Position numbers and translations under genes: made by a program. The notes under the pieces were generated by a model. That model saw nothing but the letters and a program-made list of their open reading frames with translations, ran no database searches and was not told where the DNA came from. Shown one piece after another: positions 51,201 to 62,663 of a stretch of 64,000 bases of DNA (position 1 is its first letter; each line of letters begins with the position of its first letter). Origin of the DNA: Octopus bimaculoides (Eukaryota); NCBI RefSeq assembly GCF_001194135.2, contig NC_068981.1, positions 131,736,426-131,800,425 of the forward strand, read 5' to 3'.

Positions 51201-54200
51201 AGTATATTAACCTCATGTTCTTAATGGCAATGTATATTTTCATTCCAAAAAATGTATTTGATATACTTGGCTATTTGTTTGTAACCCATTTTTATAGCTA
51301 TCAAATAAATATAAATCACAACACATCATAGAAAACTTAATAACAGCTAGTAGCATATTTACAAGATATTCTAAATCTTGAAGATACAAGTTTATTTTCA
51401 CATGTATTTTCTTAATAAGTAAATGAAAAGGCTGTTAGAAGTAATGTAAGTTGAACACTTTCAGTACATACTTGTAAAGAAGATCAGCTCCTGCATCATA
51501 GTTTACATGGTCTACAGGTTTCACTGTCTTAACAGGAGTCAGAACCTCCTGATTTTTGATGAGGTTGATCCTGTTGAAGAGGAGGGAAAAATATAATTAG
51601 TCGCCAGCATATTATTCAGATATGAATCGAGATTTGTGACACGTCAGGGAAGATCTCTAATCAAATAACAATTGTTTTAGAAAGGGAGTCGATTAACATT
51701 TACCACTCAAAATACCTCTGGAATTCACATATCACCTATTTCCCCCTCAACTACTGAGCTTCAAAAGTTAAAGCTGAAAATTAACTCTACAAACCTAACC
51801 CAGTTGCTCAGCAGTCTAGAAAGACTATGATCTTCTTGGGTTAAATTTAAGAAGAAAAAAAAGATATTTTGGTTAATTTTCAATGATTTACAAAGTGAGA
51901 CTCAAACTGAATAATTTAAAAAACAGGGTCGTAGATAGTTTAGTAAGTGCAGTTATTTTAATTAGAGATTTGTGTTCTTACATCATTTAGACTCTACAAC
52001 TGGATGTAGTTAAGTACTATAGTCAATTAAGTCAAACCTAATAATACACAGAGATCAAAGAAAACTATGGGCCATTCCAAGTCATTCATCCAACTACCTG
52101 CAAGTCATAAGATTGATCTGAGCATCCCAGAGGTGACATGGGATTATACAACATATTTTTTTGATTTACAACAGCAAAATTTTAATTTTATTGTACATCA
52201 AACTTTTACAAGAAGCTACATCCATACTTCATTGCAGTACAAAGCATACTAACTTCATTAATCTCTATCAATACATGAAAAAATTATTGCTGCAACAAGC
52301 TTTGAAGTAATAGTTGAATTTATAATTGATGACATATTTATAACATTAAAATTATTATTTCTCATATGGTCAAAATTTACATTGGCTGCACATGGCTTTT
52401 AACAAACATATCAATCAGTTCTTTGAATATATATAATACAAGACAGTTAAAATTCACAGAAAATTTGTCACTATAGAACAGACCAAGGTTCATATAAACA
52501 CCATTATTTCTAAAGTTCAATCAGAACATCAAAACATTTTTGTATTTTATGTTGATATGTGTTCTCAACCATTGTTTTATCTATGGACCCTTTTGATTAC
52601 TATTTTATTTGAGTGGACCTCCACAGCTAGTCAATGTTTAAAAACTAATCTTATAGGAACTGCTTTCAAAATCCCTATTTTGTTTTTCATGCATTAACTT
52701 GTGTAGCTGGAACTTTGTAAAATGTTAGAGAAAGAAACCTAGCTGTTTCTTGCAATACATATCAATACATACATCTAAAGTAAAATTTTTTCAGGGGCCT
52801 TTAAAATACTATTGTGAACCCCCCNNNNNNNNNNNNNNNNNNNNNNNNNNNNNNNNNNNNNNNNNNNNNNNNNNNNNNNNNNNNNNNNNNNNNNNNNNNN
52901 NNNNNNNNNNNNNNNNNNCCCCCAATTTACTATTTTGTTACATGGACCCCCACCCCAAATCTTATATGGACCCTCAGGGGCCACATGGATCCTAATTGAG
53001 AATCACTGGTGTAGATAAATGAATAATAGTGTCTATACATGTATATGTATTTCTCTATTTTACCTGAAACATCCCTTACAAACCTACCTTTATTACAAGT
53101 ATCTTCCACTCACAATACAGGAATCACACAACCAACAATAACTATTTGCATCACATGTTCATACTAGCATAGCTACTTCTGCACATACAATATAATATCC
53201 TTCACGTCTAACAATGTTCTTAGCCCACTTACACAATCTCTCTCATATAAGTAAATCACATCTTATTTCATTCTTTCACTGCAACATCAATGTTTCAAGC
53301 CACTGACTAACCTTTAAAACTGTGCATGTGTTTGTTTACACTGCTATGTATATCTATATGAGTGCTGTCTTGTGTTTGAATGGTCAAAAGACCAATATAT
53401 TTATGGAAAAGCAGACATAATTGTTTAAATCAACTCAGAATTATGAAACACATCACTTCCATTACCCTCAAAAATAATTCTCCATACATAATAAACTACG
53501 ACAAAGCCTTATTGCTGAAATGTAAACGACTTCATTATCAATTTTTGGTTATGTAGCAGCAATTAAAGACTTGATAAGGAAACACTGTCTCCCATAAGTT
53601 CAACTACTTTCTTATCTCTGATCAACTAACACCCTTAAATATAGAACATATAGTCAAAAAACACCCTTAAATATAGAACATATAGTCAAAAGTGCTTGAT
53701 GGGAAGTAGAACGACATTGAAGGACAAGTCTCCAGTACATCTGGTCTGTGGAAGTCATACTGGTGGTTACTATGGAAGGCAAGCTACTCAAGGTGATTGT
53801 GGACAACTGTTTCTGTTTCCTTTAAGTTGTATGAGGTGAGTGCAATAGGTGAGAGAGATGCAAGGCTGCACTTTTACGTGATTGAGAAAGGCTCCTGTAG
53901 AGAGAGAGAGAGAGAGAGAGAGAGGTTGACGAGCTTGGTAAGGATAGAGACTAGTCCTGGAACATATGACTGAGAATTATGGAAGGGTTATTATCAGGAA
54001 AAGTCACCTGTTGGGTCATAGTGATTAAAGGAGCTTTCATATTTGGTGGTTGCATATGCATGATTAAAGAGAATGTAGGTGCAGTTTTGTTGAGTGATGT
54101 ATTATGGAGATAGAAAGGGAGTGTGCATCAAATAGGAAAACTTCTTAAGCTGATGTGTTGATAACTTAACCATCTAGACTGAAAAATGGGAGTTGGAGTA

Positions 54201-57180
54201 TTTTGCAAAGTTGATGGTGTCAGAGAACTAGAAATCTCTGTCAGAGAACATGTAATCTCTGCTGCAATATGGTAGGGAGGAGAGCATGCAGATTGTGTAA
54301 CACAATAAAACATCCTTTGCTTTTCTGATGTTAATTTTGCAGTTTTGGGTAAAAGCATCCCAGTTGATGGTAGTGATGTCCATACTGCTACAAAACAGTT
54401 TAAGTGAGCCACTTTGAGTTTTGGGTAGTTATATGGAGAATGAGAAAGGATATACCTTAGGAAGATGGTTTCAGTCACCCAGTGTTAGATTAGTTAGTGT
54501 GAAACATTTTCTGCCAGAAACAGACAGCCTAAAAGTAGCAAAATTCTGACATAATTTTCAGATTTGACATACCAGCCATTCAATGAATTGCTTTTAATAG
54601 GCAGTGATCAAACTCTTCAAGAAACAAATCATGGATGTTTGTTATGTCAGACGTATATGTTGGGAGTGGATAATTGGTGCTGAGAGTTGATGGCGACAAA
54701 CAATTCAGCCTTTACTTCAACAGTGGCAGTATGGGAGGAGTGTGAGATCCATGGTGTTGATTGAATTGAAGTGCCTAAGACCAGTAATTTCAGAAAGATG
54801 TGAGGTGAGATAAAGGTGTTCCATGCAGATAATATGCCCAGATGATGGATACCTCATTTATATATATATATATATNNNNNNNNNNNNNNNNNNNNNNNNN
54901 NNNNNNNNNNNNNNNNNNNNNNNNNNNNNNNNNNNNNNNNNNNNNNNNNNNNNNNNNNNNNNNNNNNNNNNNNNNNNNNNNTATATATATAAGGATATTG
55001 TTGTTTACAATAATATCAAGTGATACAGCATGCGTAAATAACTTCAATGTGTATCAGTGAAAATTTGTGGTTGTAGTCGTCTTCTGGCTGCGATTTTTAG
55101 TGTGCTGGTACCACTTGTAGCACACTTAATTATTAATATATATATAATCAGGCAGTCTCTCAGTGACGTACACTAACAACAATTTATAAACATTCTTCTA
55201 GTAATCAAGAGAATTATTTGATATTCCTATTTACCCCATGTGAACAAAGAATTATAAAATATATACAATGGGTTAAGATTTCCTAAGCTGATGGACTATC
55301 CGTTCTTTTCATGACACATCAGCGTAGACCACTATTTATCTGTATGCATATGCGTTGCTAAAATAGACTATTTTCAACAAATTATGGTTATTAAGAGCAA
55401 ACTTCAGTCCAAAGATGCTCCAACCAGGACCATCTTTAAGGCTATTTAGAACCATATTACCCAACGTATTCGTCCCAGCATTCAATGCCCTCTTAAGACA
55501 TTGAACAGTTACCCAGGAGCCCCACAGGTCTGGGGCCCAATTCTGATCTATGTACGCTTCGCCTTGTTGACAATAAATACATTGATCTACCCACGAGCCA
55601 ACAATGTTGCTAAGATGACTATGGCACCACCACCGCTTTTTTCCCTTCATGATAGGATGGTGATTTGAATGAGATATGGCTGCTATTTCTGGCTGATCGA
55701 GCGACTGTCTGGTTTCAAATTCTGATTAAGGTTTCCCTAAATTAGTTACACCGGTTATCTATAAAATGTCCAAATAAATATAGGCAGTCGTAAGTTGTTA
55801 ATAACTGTAACCAACAGATACTTTAAACACTGATGTAGCTCAATATCATAAAAAATAGTATATTTCTTTTAGAAATAAGAAACAAAAAGAATTCAACTTT
55901 GTATACGTTTTTAGTTTCTGATAGTTACTTTCTCTTCATTTCTCCCTTCGAATTGCATTTTTATTCCGGAGGTTCTGTTTGGCTACGTAGTTACAGTCTG
56001 GATAATTAGAGTTGGCATTCATGTCGTTACAAATAATAATAATAATAATAAATAAATAACTACCGAAAGACACTGAGTATACATTCATCAAGAAATAGTT
56101 ATTTGTCGAATCCATTATTTTAAAGACATAATTTCGTTTGTAGCTTAACTCGCTCTTTACACTTAGCTTCAGCTTTACATTACCCACTATCTCAAATCAT
56201 AGCCTACAGTCTTAAAAAGAAAAAAGGAAAGAAGTTAACATGGACATATAAAAAGATGAGATGGTCATATGTGGAACTCAGATATGTCTGCTTGGTTAGT
56301 ACTGACCTGGGAGTTAAAACCAACTCATTGCGAGCAGAAAACAGGTGTTAGTAACACTTACGCATCTCCAACTAAAGACAATATAAAATTTATTAACGAA
56401 CAACAACAAAAAAAATGTCACAAAGTATAAAGATCAGTAGCAACTGATTCCAAAATCTGAAAAAAAAGGCTTCGTTACCAAAGCACTAAATTCACATAAA
56501 TTTGGCAAGATAACTGTGATCAGATCACATCCTGCTCCATTCATAACCTCAAACTTGCCTTCTTGCTCACAATGTTAGAACAAGCATACGATCGAAGACA
56601 TTCCAGCCGTGACAGTCCTCTCTTTTTGTAAATCGAACGCTACAATATCTAATGTATTTTCATTTAAGGCGATAGGGCATAATTTCAGAGGGATTTAGCT
56701 GCTACTTCTAGCAGGTCGAGTGACTGAGATGTGAATAAATAATATATAGTAGCATTATTAGATGAAAAGCTACGAAACTTAACTAACATCCTTTTTTCTT
56801 TGAAAATTATACTGTAAACAAACAAAACCAGAATAAAGAGAAGGGGTGTTTTGAAATTACGAAAAAGAAAAAAAAAACATCTTGTAGATATAAATATTAA
56901 ATGACTTGTCATATCTAATCCTAGATCCTGCAGAATTCAACAATGAATAAAGCTTTCCTCCTGTTATTAACTAAAACAAAAGAACTCAGACTAATTTATA
57001 AATAATACACACCCATAAATAAAGACGAAAGATATACAGAACGAATACACGAGTTGAAATGAAACTGAATTGCCAGAAACAATCCCCGAATAGAAAATAT
57101 ACTAATTAGATAGAATACCCAGCTGATAAATCCTGCTGAACGGTATGGAATTTATCCTTAATCACTTCGAAAACACTCAT
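41852..57180 (-). CDS. DTNBP1: Dysbindin (BLOC-1 subunit 8), full spliced CDS (7 coding exons, 1080 nt, 359 aa)
   Basis: Minus-strand exons: 57180-57119, 51570-51472, 50638-50578, 49878-49746, 48340-48185, 46658-46518, 42279-41852. All GT-AG and phase-consistent. Dysbindin-like motifs: TVQQDLSAG, AGADLLYKYQLLWKDI, LRERSETFEEAFQNDLDYY, DQDESGLAAFL, and an acidic Ser-rich tail. Confidence 0.94.
43090..43680 (-). mobile_element. SINE family A (-) with a family B SINE (+, about 43400-43625) nested inside
   Basis: Host sequence gtagaaga...agaagacacttgcccaaggtacc is split by the insert. Confidence 0.85.
44630..45020 (+). mobile_element. young full-length SINE family A
   Basis: Near-identical in structure to 32615-33115 (opposite strand); CpGs retained. 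Confidence 0.92.
45394..45621. mobile_element. piggyBac-like MITE
   Basis: TTAA|CCCTTTAGTGTT ... AACACTAAAGGG|TTAA. Confidence 0.88.
46518..46658 (-). CDS. DTNBP1: DTNBP1 exon 6 (QKNIEL...FEEAFQNDLDYYRTHGHMN)
   Basis: ttttttcAG / GTATGT; conserved FEEAF motif. Confidence 0.95.
47309..47536. mobile_element. piggyBac-like MITE
   Basis: TTAA|CCCTTTAGTATT ... AATGCTAAAGAG|TTAA. Confidence 0.85.
48185..48340 (-). CDS. DTNBP1: DTNBP1 exon 5 (CLEESC...EEELKRLA)
   Basis: tttatgtAG / GTAAGA; 156 nt; coiled-coil-like. Confidence 0.93.
49746..49878 (-). CDS. DTNBP1: DTNBP1 exon 4 (SLDREIQ...LTDLL)
   Basis: ttctacAG / GTAAGC; 133 nt. Confidence 0.93.
50022..50215 (+). mobile_element. RTE 3' tail fragment
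   Basis: Same tail family, ending in gatgatgat. Confidence 0.88.
50578..50638 (-). CDS. DTNBP1: DTNBP1 exon 3 (YQLLWKDIQKANEENAKKAE)
   Basis: ttacAG / GTAATG; 61 nt. Confidence 0.93.
51472..51570 (-). CDS. DTNBP1: DTNBP1 exon 2 (INLIKNQ...AGADLLYK)
   Basis: tcttcaacAG / GTATGT. Confidence 0.92.
52556..53008. mobile_element. hAT-like MITE (cagtg.ttctcaa termini)
   Basis: gttctcaacc at 52561 and ttgagaatcactg at 53008; repeated ggaccc motifs; TSD not recognisable. Confidence 0.6.
53700..54790 (-). mobile_element. degraded CR1/Jockey-group LINE endonuclease remnant
   Basis: VTET, WLSY and TQQVTFP-like segments in broken frames. Confidence 0.5.
57119..57180 (-). CDS. DTNBP1: DTNBP1 exon 1 (MSVFEVIKDKFHTVQQDLSAG)
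   Basis: ATG at 57180; donor GTATTC; phase 2 fits the next exon; resembles the vertebrate N-terminus LLSVQQDFTSG. Confidence 0.92.
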
Positions 57181-57230
57181 CACTGGTTTGTTGTCGTTTC
57201 ACGAACTCCTAAATCCGTTCATCTTTGATG

Positions 57231-57277
57231 GCATATGACCTCTAATCACGTGACCAGGTTGGCTTAGATCACATGAC
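57231..57277 (-). promoter_or_regulatory. E-box cluster (CLEAR-like GTCACGTGAT, M-box GTCATGTGAT, GTCATATG) upstream of the DTNBP1 ATG
   Basis: Motifs at 57245-57254, 57268-57277 and 57232-57239 (minus strand), about 50-100 nt upstream of the ATG, in CpG-retaining sequence. Confidence 0.6.
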
Positions 57278-57284
57278 AAGGATT

Positions 57285-57674
57285 GCATTTTGTTGGCACT
57301 CCGTCGCTTACGACGTCGAGGGTTCCAGTTGATCCGATCAACGGAACAGCCTGCTCGTGAAATTAACGTGCAAGTGGCTGAGCACTCCACAGACACGTGT
57401 ACCCTTAATGTAGTTCTCGGGGATATTCAGCGTGACACAGTGTGACAAGGCTGGCCCTTTGAATTACAGGTACAACAGAAACAGGAAGAAAGATTGAGAG
57501 AAAGTTGTGGTGAAAGAGTACAGCAGGGTTCGCCACCATCCCCTGCCGGAGCCTCGTGGAACTTTAGGTGTTTTCGCTCAATAAACACTCACAACGCCCG
57601 GTCTGGGAATCGAAACCGCGATCCTATGACCGCGAGTCCGCTGGGCCATTGCGCCTCCACTACATGCCTCCACT
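57285..57674 (-). mobile_element. young full-length SINE family C with a 14-bp TSD, in the DTNBP1 upstream region
   Basis: TSD ACATGACAAGGATT at 57271-57284 and 57675-57688; tRNA-like head (ggtttcgattccc); CpG-rich. Confidence 0.92.
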
Positions 57675-57754
57675 ACATGACAAGGATTAATCCTCTTCGA
57701 ATTAAATTTTTAACTTGAATGTTATAACGTGTAAAATTTAGGTCATTCATTGGT

Positions 57755-57846
57755 AAACTTGCGGCCCGCGGGACTTTACCATGGATTTTTTTAGTAGTGC
57801 GGCCCGCCTGATAATGAACCATGTCGAAAAAAGTTGCCCATACCTA
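57755..57846. mobile_element. hAT-like terminal fragment
   Basis: gcggcccg subterminal motifs and an aaaaagttgcccatacct end. Confidence 0.5.
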
Positions 57847-60420
57847 TTTTAGAGTGTATGGTTATGAGATGTTCATGCTTTTCCTATGAATTATAACAGA
57901 GTTAATATTGTTTAGAGAGGGATGGACTGCCTTGTTCTAAATACTCTACTATGACAACATCTTCAGATTGAATTCTGTGATTGTTTAATTTCACTTGGAA
58001 AAAATCTGTCTTGTCAGGTTTCAAAAGTTAGGAACTATATGACTTTAAATCAATTAAGTTCCAAATTTTCAGTTATCTTTGCTGCTCTTAGGAGAAAGGA
58101 CTGTTGGGCTGTCTTGCTTAAAATATGTTATAGGAAAAGGGTAGGGTATAAATATTTGATTTTTATATTTTAGGCTCTTTGTAATCGAACGTGAATTGAA
58201 AGTAGTGTTGTCTTGTGTGCGCTTTAACAAACTGAAAAGTCCGACCACAGTACTAATATAAAGTCGGTGAAACGGTCTACAACTGTGATTCGCACTTGTA
58301 ACCATGGGGAATACGCCCCTGAGAATTCAGGGAATTAAGTGTCTTAGCAATGAACACTGCTTATTTTATCACCTGTCATACGGAACTATCGTTTGATTAG
58401 TGGAAATGTATTAATTAGGAAAGTTTGGTTAAAAAAAAATCTTTGCTTTCGTTTTTGTTACCACTGATGAAGCTATGGCAAAGCTTATAATTCCATCCGG
58501 TTTGTATGGAGTGAAAAACGTGTTCGGATAGGAAGAAGTTCAGTTAATGTTTATTAGTGGCCGTATTTAACTTCGTATAACTACATTTTGGGCCTCGGCC
58601 GACTCTGACTCCTCATAGGTAATTTGAATGCATATTTTTTAATGAAATTTCGCAGAGATACGCCTTCAAGGACATAGATTGCAATTTGTTAACAAGGATT
58701 TTAAAAAAATACTGAGAGCAAAGTATCAGATCACTCAACCACCATTAACACACTGAGTTGCAGAAATATCATTATAGCAAATGTGCAAATATTCTGCTCA
58801 ATATCACAGATTTGCTTGTCAGTTGCTTAACCTTAACCACGTAGTGGCTGACAAAATGTGCAACTGTGACCATGAGCAGCAGTAGTGGGAGAGCATAATA
58901 GCCATGTGTTGAGAGGTATTCTATGGGGTTTGAATAAATGTAACAAAAGCAAAATTTGAAGGAAATATCAGTCATTTTTCATACTATCTAGGAGTAAGTA
59001 AATAAGAAATAACAGTTGCTACCCAAGGACAAAAGTTATGTTACAGTGTTATTCATGCAGCCATTGAAATGTGTCTTCGGTGACCAACTCAACTCAAGTG
59101 ACAGCAAATTCATTGTGACAAGTGTATAGAGTCCAATTCAGTGATTTCATAAAAAAATAAAATTTCTTGAAATTCTAGACATATTACTTGCATCATCTGA
59201 AAGACCTCAAAGATTGTTGCGAGAATATTGCACATGTGATCAACAAAATCTCACTAATCACAATGATGTTTTAGTGATATCTATGTATATCATTTAAAAA
59301 TGCCTTTTAATATTATTTATTTATATTTGATAATGTAAAGCCAATTTTCATATAGTATAACTGAAGTCTGCTTATTCAATCATGGAATGACATCAAGTCA
59401 CAAAAGCTGATATAACTGCAAAGGTAAATGTAAACTTGCTTGGATCAAGCATAAAACACATCAACTGTCTTCCTAATCCTTTGCAGGTATAAGCTGTTTG
59501 ATTATTTGTCAGGATTCAGGTGTAAAAGCTGTAGAAGCTAGACAACATAGCCTGCTGAAATCTAAGTAAATTATTATATAATTTTAACGAAGTATTTACC
59601 TAGTTGTTCTTATATCATTTTGCAATCTTTCAAACTGATCAAATATAATCAGTTGTGTAAGGGCATTGTAACTGTTGAATTTTGAAGTTTAAGCATGAAT
59701 GCTTATTGCATGACTCAGAATGTGCTTATAAATGTATGTGTATTCGTGTGTGTGCGTATATCTATAAGCGGACGTTAAACGACGATGATGATGATGATGA
59801 TATATATATATATATATATATATTATATTATCATCATTTAATTTCCATCTTCTATGCTGGCTTGGATTGGACAGTTTGACAGGAGATGGTAAACCTAGGG
59901 ACTGGGCCAAGCTCCACTGGATTCTTTTTACTGTTGGATGTCCTTCCCAATGTCCATTACTTTACAGAGTGGACATGTTTGAAAGGGCATCCATATACAT
60001 ACATATATAGTGAGGGCACATGGATGCCCTNNNNNNNNNNNNNNNNNNNNNNNNNNNNNNNNNNNNNNNNNNNNNNNNNNNNNNNNNNNNNNNNNNNNNN
60101 NNNNNNNNNNNNNNNNNNNNNNNNNNNNNNNNNNNNNNNNNNNNNNNNNNNNNNNNNNNNNNNNNNNNNNNNNNNNNNNNNNNNNNNNNNNNNNNNNNNN
60201 NNNNNNNNNNNNNNNNNNNNNNNNNNNNNNNNNNNNNNNNNNNNNNNNNNNNNNNNNNNNNNNNNNNNNNNNNNNNNNNNNNNNNNNNNNNNNNNNNNNN
60301 NNNNNNNNNNNNNNNNNNNNNNNNNNNNNNNNNNNNNNNNNNNNNNNNNNNNNNNNNNNNNNNNNNNNNNNNNNNNNNNNNNNNNNNNNNNNNNNNNNNN
60401 NNNNNNNNNNNNNNNNNNNN

Positions 60421-60702
60421 TAAAGCTCCACGAGGCTCCGGCAGGGGATGGTGGTGAACCCTGCTGTACTCTTTCACCACAACTTTCTCTCACTCTTTCT
60501 TCCTGCTTCTGTTGTACCTGTAATTCAAAGGGTCAGCCTTGTCACACTCTGTGTCACGCTGAATATCCCCTAGAACTACGTTTAGGGTACACGTGTCTGT
60601 GGAGTGCTCAGCCACTTACACGTTAATTTCACGAGCAGGCTGTTCTGTTGATCGGATCAACTGGAACCCTCGACGTCCTAACCGACGGAGTGCCAGCAAC
60701 AA
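60421..60702 (+). mobile_element. SINE family C copy (head lost in the gap)
   Basis: Closely matches the reverse complement of 57285-57570. Confidence 0.9.
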
Positions 60703-61209
60703 CATGTATGCATGTATGTATGTATGCATGATATACGTACATACAGTGGTTAGGGTGTTGCACTCATGATCTAGTGATTGTGATTTCAATTCGTACACTG
60801 GGTGTTACACTGTATTCTTGAACAAAACACTTCCTCTTGTTGCTCTGCAGTCACTTCAGCAGCTGATGCGTGGTATACAGTGCACCAGTTCAAACAACGT
60901 CAATTTGATGGAGTGAGTGAGCTAATGTGAAGCACGAACATTTGATCACTATAAACAAATCATTTGTGCAGATCATTTGGCAAAAGCTGAACACTCATAC
61001 ATCATCTTCAGTGAGAGAGTCCATCATATATAAGACAAAGTTTAAATAATGGTCATTACATATTTCTCCTTTATAAGAGTAAATTTGTTTTACTGTTGTT
61101 TCCAGTAATCATTATAAGTTAGGGAAACCTTCTGTTGAGGAAGATGAGGCCTTGCTTGAAATGGTTAAATCCAAAACCCAAGCACAAGCACTCGTACATT
61201 GTTGGCAGA

Positions 61210-61601
61210 CAGGGCCAGATTAAGACCCAGAGAGGCCCTAAGCACTCATAAGATTTTGGTGCCCCCATATATATGTAATTCAAAATGTAAACAATAATAC
61301 CATAAAATAAATTTATATTTTTCAAAATGAAATAGAACTAACAGTAATATATGACCAAGTTTATTTATATTTCAAAAGTTTTCTCTGACATTTTTTAATA
61401 GCAAAGTCTTTGATTAGATCCTCACTATGGCACCATGAACACTTTGAAATTATATTTTCAATCATATAAACCACTTAGAATATTTTAGCAAGTTTAAAGT
61501 GATTTCTTTTGTGCCACAAATCATTTACCATTTCTGTAGTGCCCCTTTCCCTTAATGCCCTAAGCATGTGCTTATTTTGCTTTATGGTTAATCCAGCACT
61601 G
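61210..61601. mobile_element. hAT MITE with a perfect 8-bp TSD
   Basis: cagggccagattaa ... ttaatccagcactg; TSD TTGGCAGA at 61202-61209 and 61602-61609. Confidence 0.9.
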
Positions 61602-62663
61602 TTGGCAGAACTTGGTTCTTCACAAAGCACCATCAATCCGAAACATCCATAAGCCTAGCCTTGTGAACAGGTACTTGTTGCAAAATTTTTTGTTTTTCAA
61701 ATCAAGTGACTTTTAGGAAAATTTGAAATTAAAGACTAGAAATATGCTCAAGAGTATTTATTTGCAGTCACATAAAAATCCATTACATTACCTGAAATGT
61801 CTGAATTCCTTCGCATTTAAACTAGCCATTTCTGGCCAAAAGACTCTACCTGTTTTATGTTGAAACTGGCTAAATCTGGTCAGATTAGAAATCCTTGTTA
61901 GAATAGATAAGTTTTCAAGATTTTTTCTTTGTAATACAGATCCAATCTATATATTAAACGTAAGTTGAAAAATATACTTACCTTTATGCAGTCCTTCCCT
62001 GATTTCCTATCATGCTATTTGTTATGACTTATGGATACAGTAAATATATTTGTACAGCTTGTATACAATAATATCAAGACTTTTTCGACAATTTCTAATA
62101 AATAAGCCAGTACTGTATTGTAATGTTTGCTATGTAGATCATTTCATGTCCATTGATGTTCAAGTGACTAAATTGTATTTAGAGGACTCTGGGTCAATGC
62201 TGCTAAATTCAGCCTGTATGCAAGTCTGGGTACAGTTAGTTGACCATGGTAATGTTTTCATCATAGCTGCTGTGTTTACATTGTGCATATAGAGTACATG
62301 TATTGCATACATACAAGATTATGCATACACTGGATTGTTATCTCAAGCTTGAACTGCTGCATATGTCATCACTTCTTGAAAGGATTTACTGTAAATGTCA
62401 AATTATTTGTGGCCATAAAATTTCATGATTTGTTGCATGCTTTGTCTTTTCTTTACTGATCTTTGCACTGCACCCACCTTACCATTTTGTGGGAATAGCA
62501 AACTATTATTTTTTATTTACTTTAATTAAGAAACTAATAAAAAGTATAGTGGTTTGATCAAACTTATAAATCACTTAATGACATTTTATTTTTCTTCTTC
62601 CTCCTTTTTCACATATATCATTATCTCATGAATTTTTTTTCTGCCCTCTTTACATTGTGAAGA

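Noticed and set aside
55336-55650. 104-aa minus-strand ORF in dysbindin intron 1
   Set aside because: No recognisable homology, no convincing splice sites and not needed for the dysbindin frame
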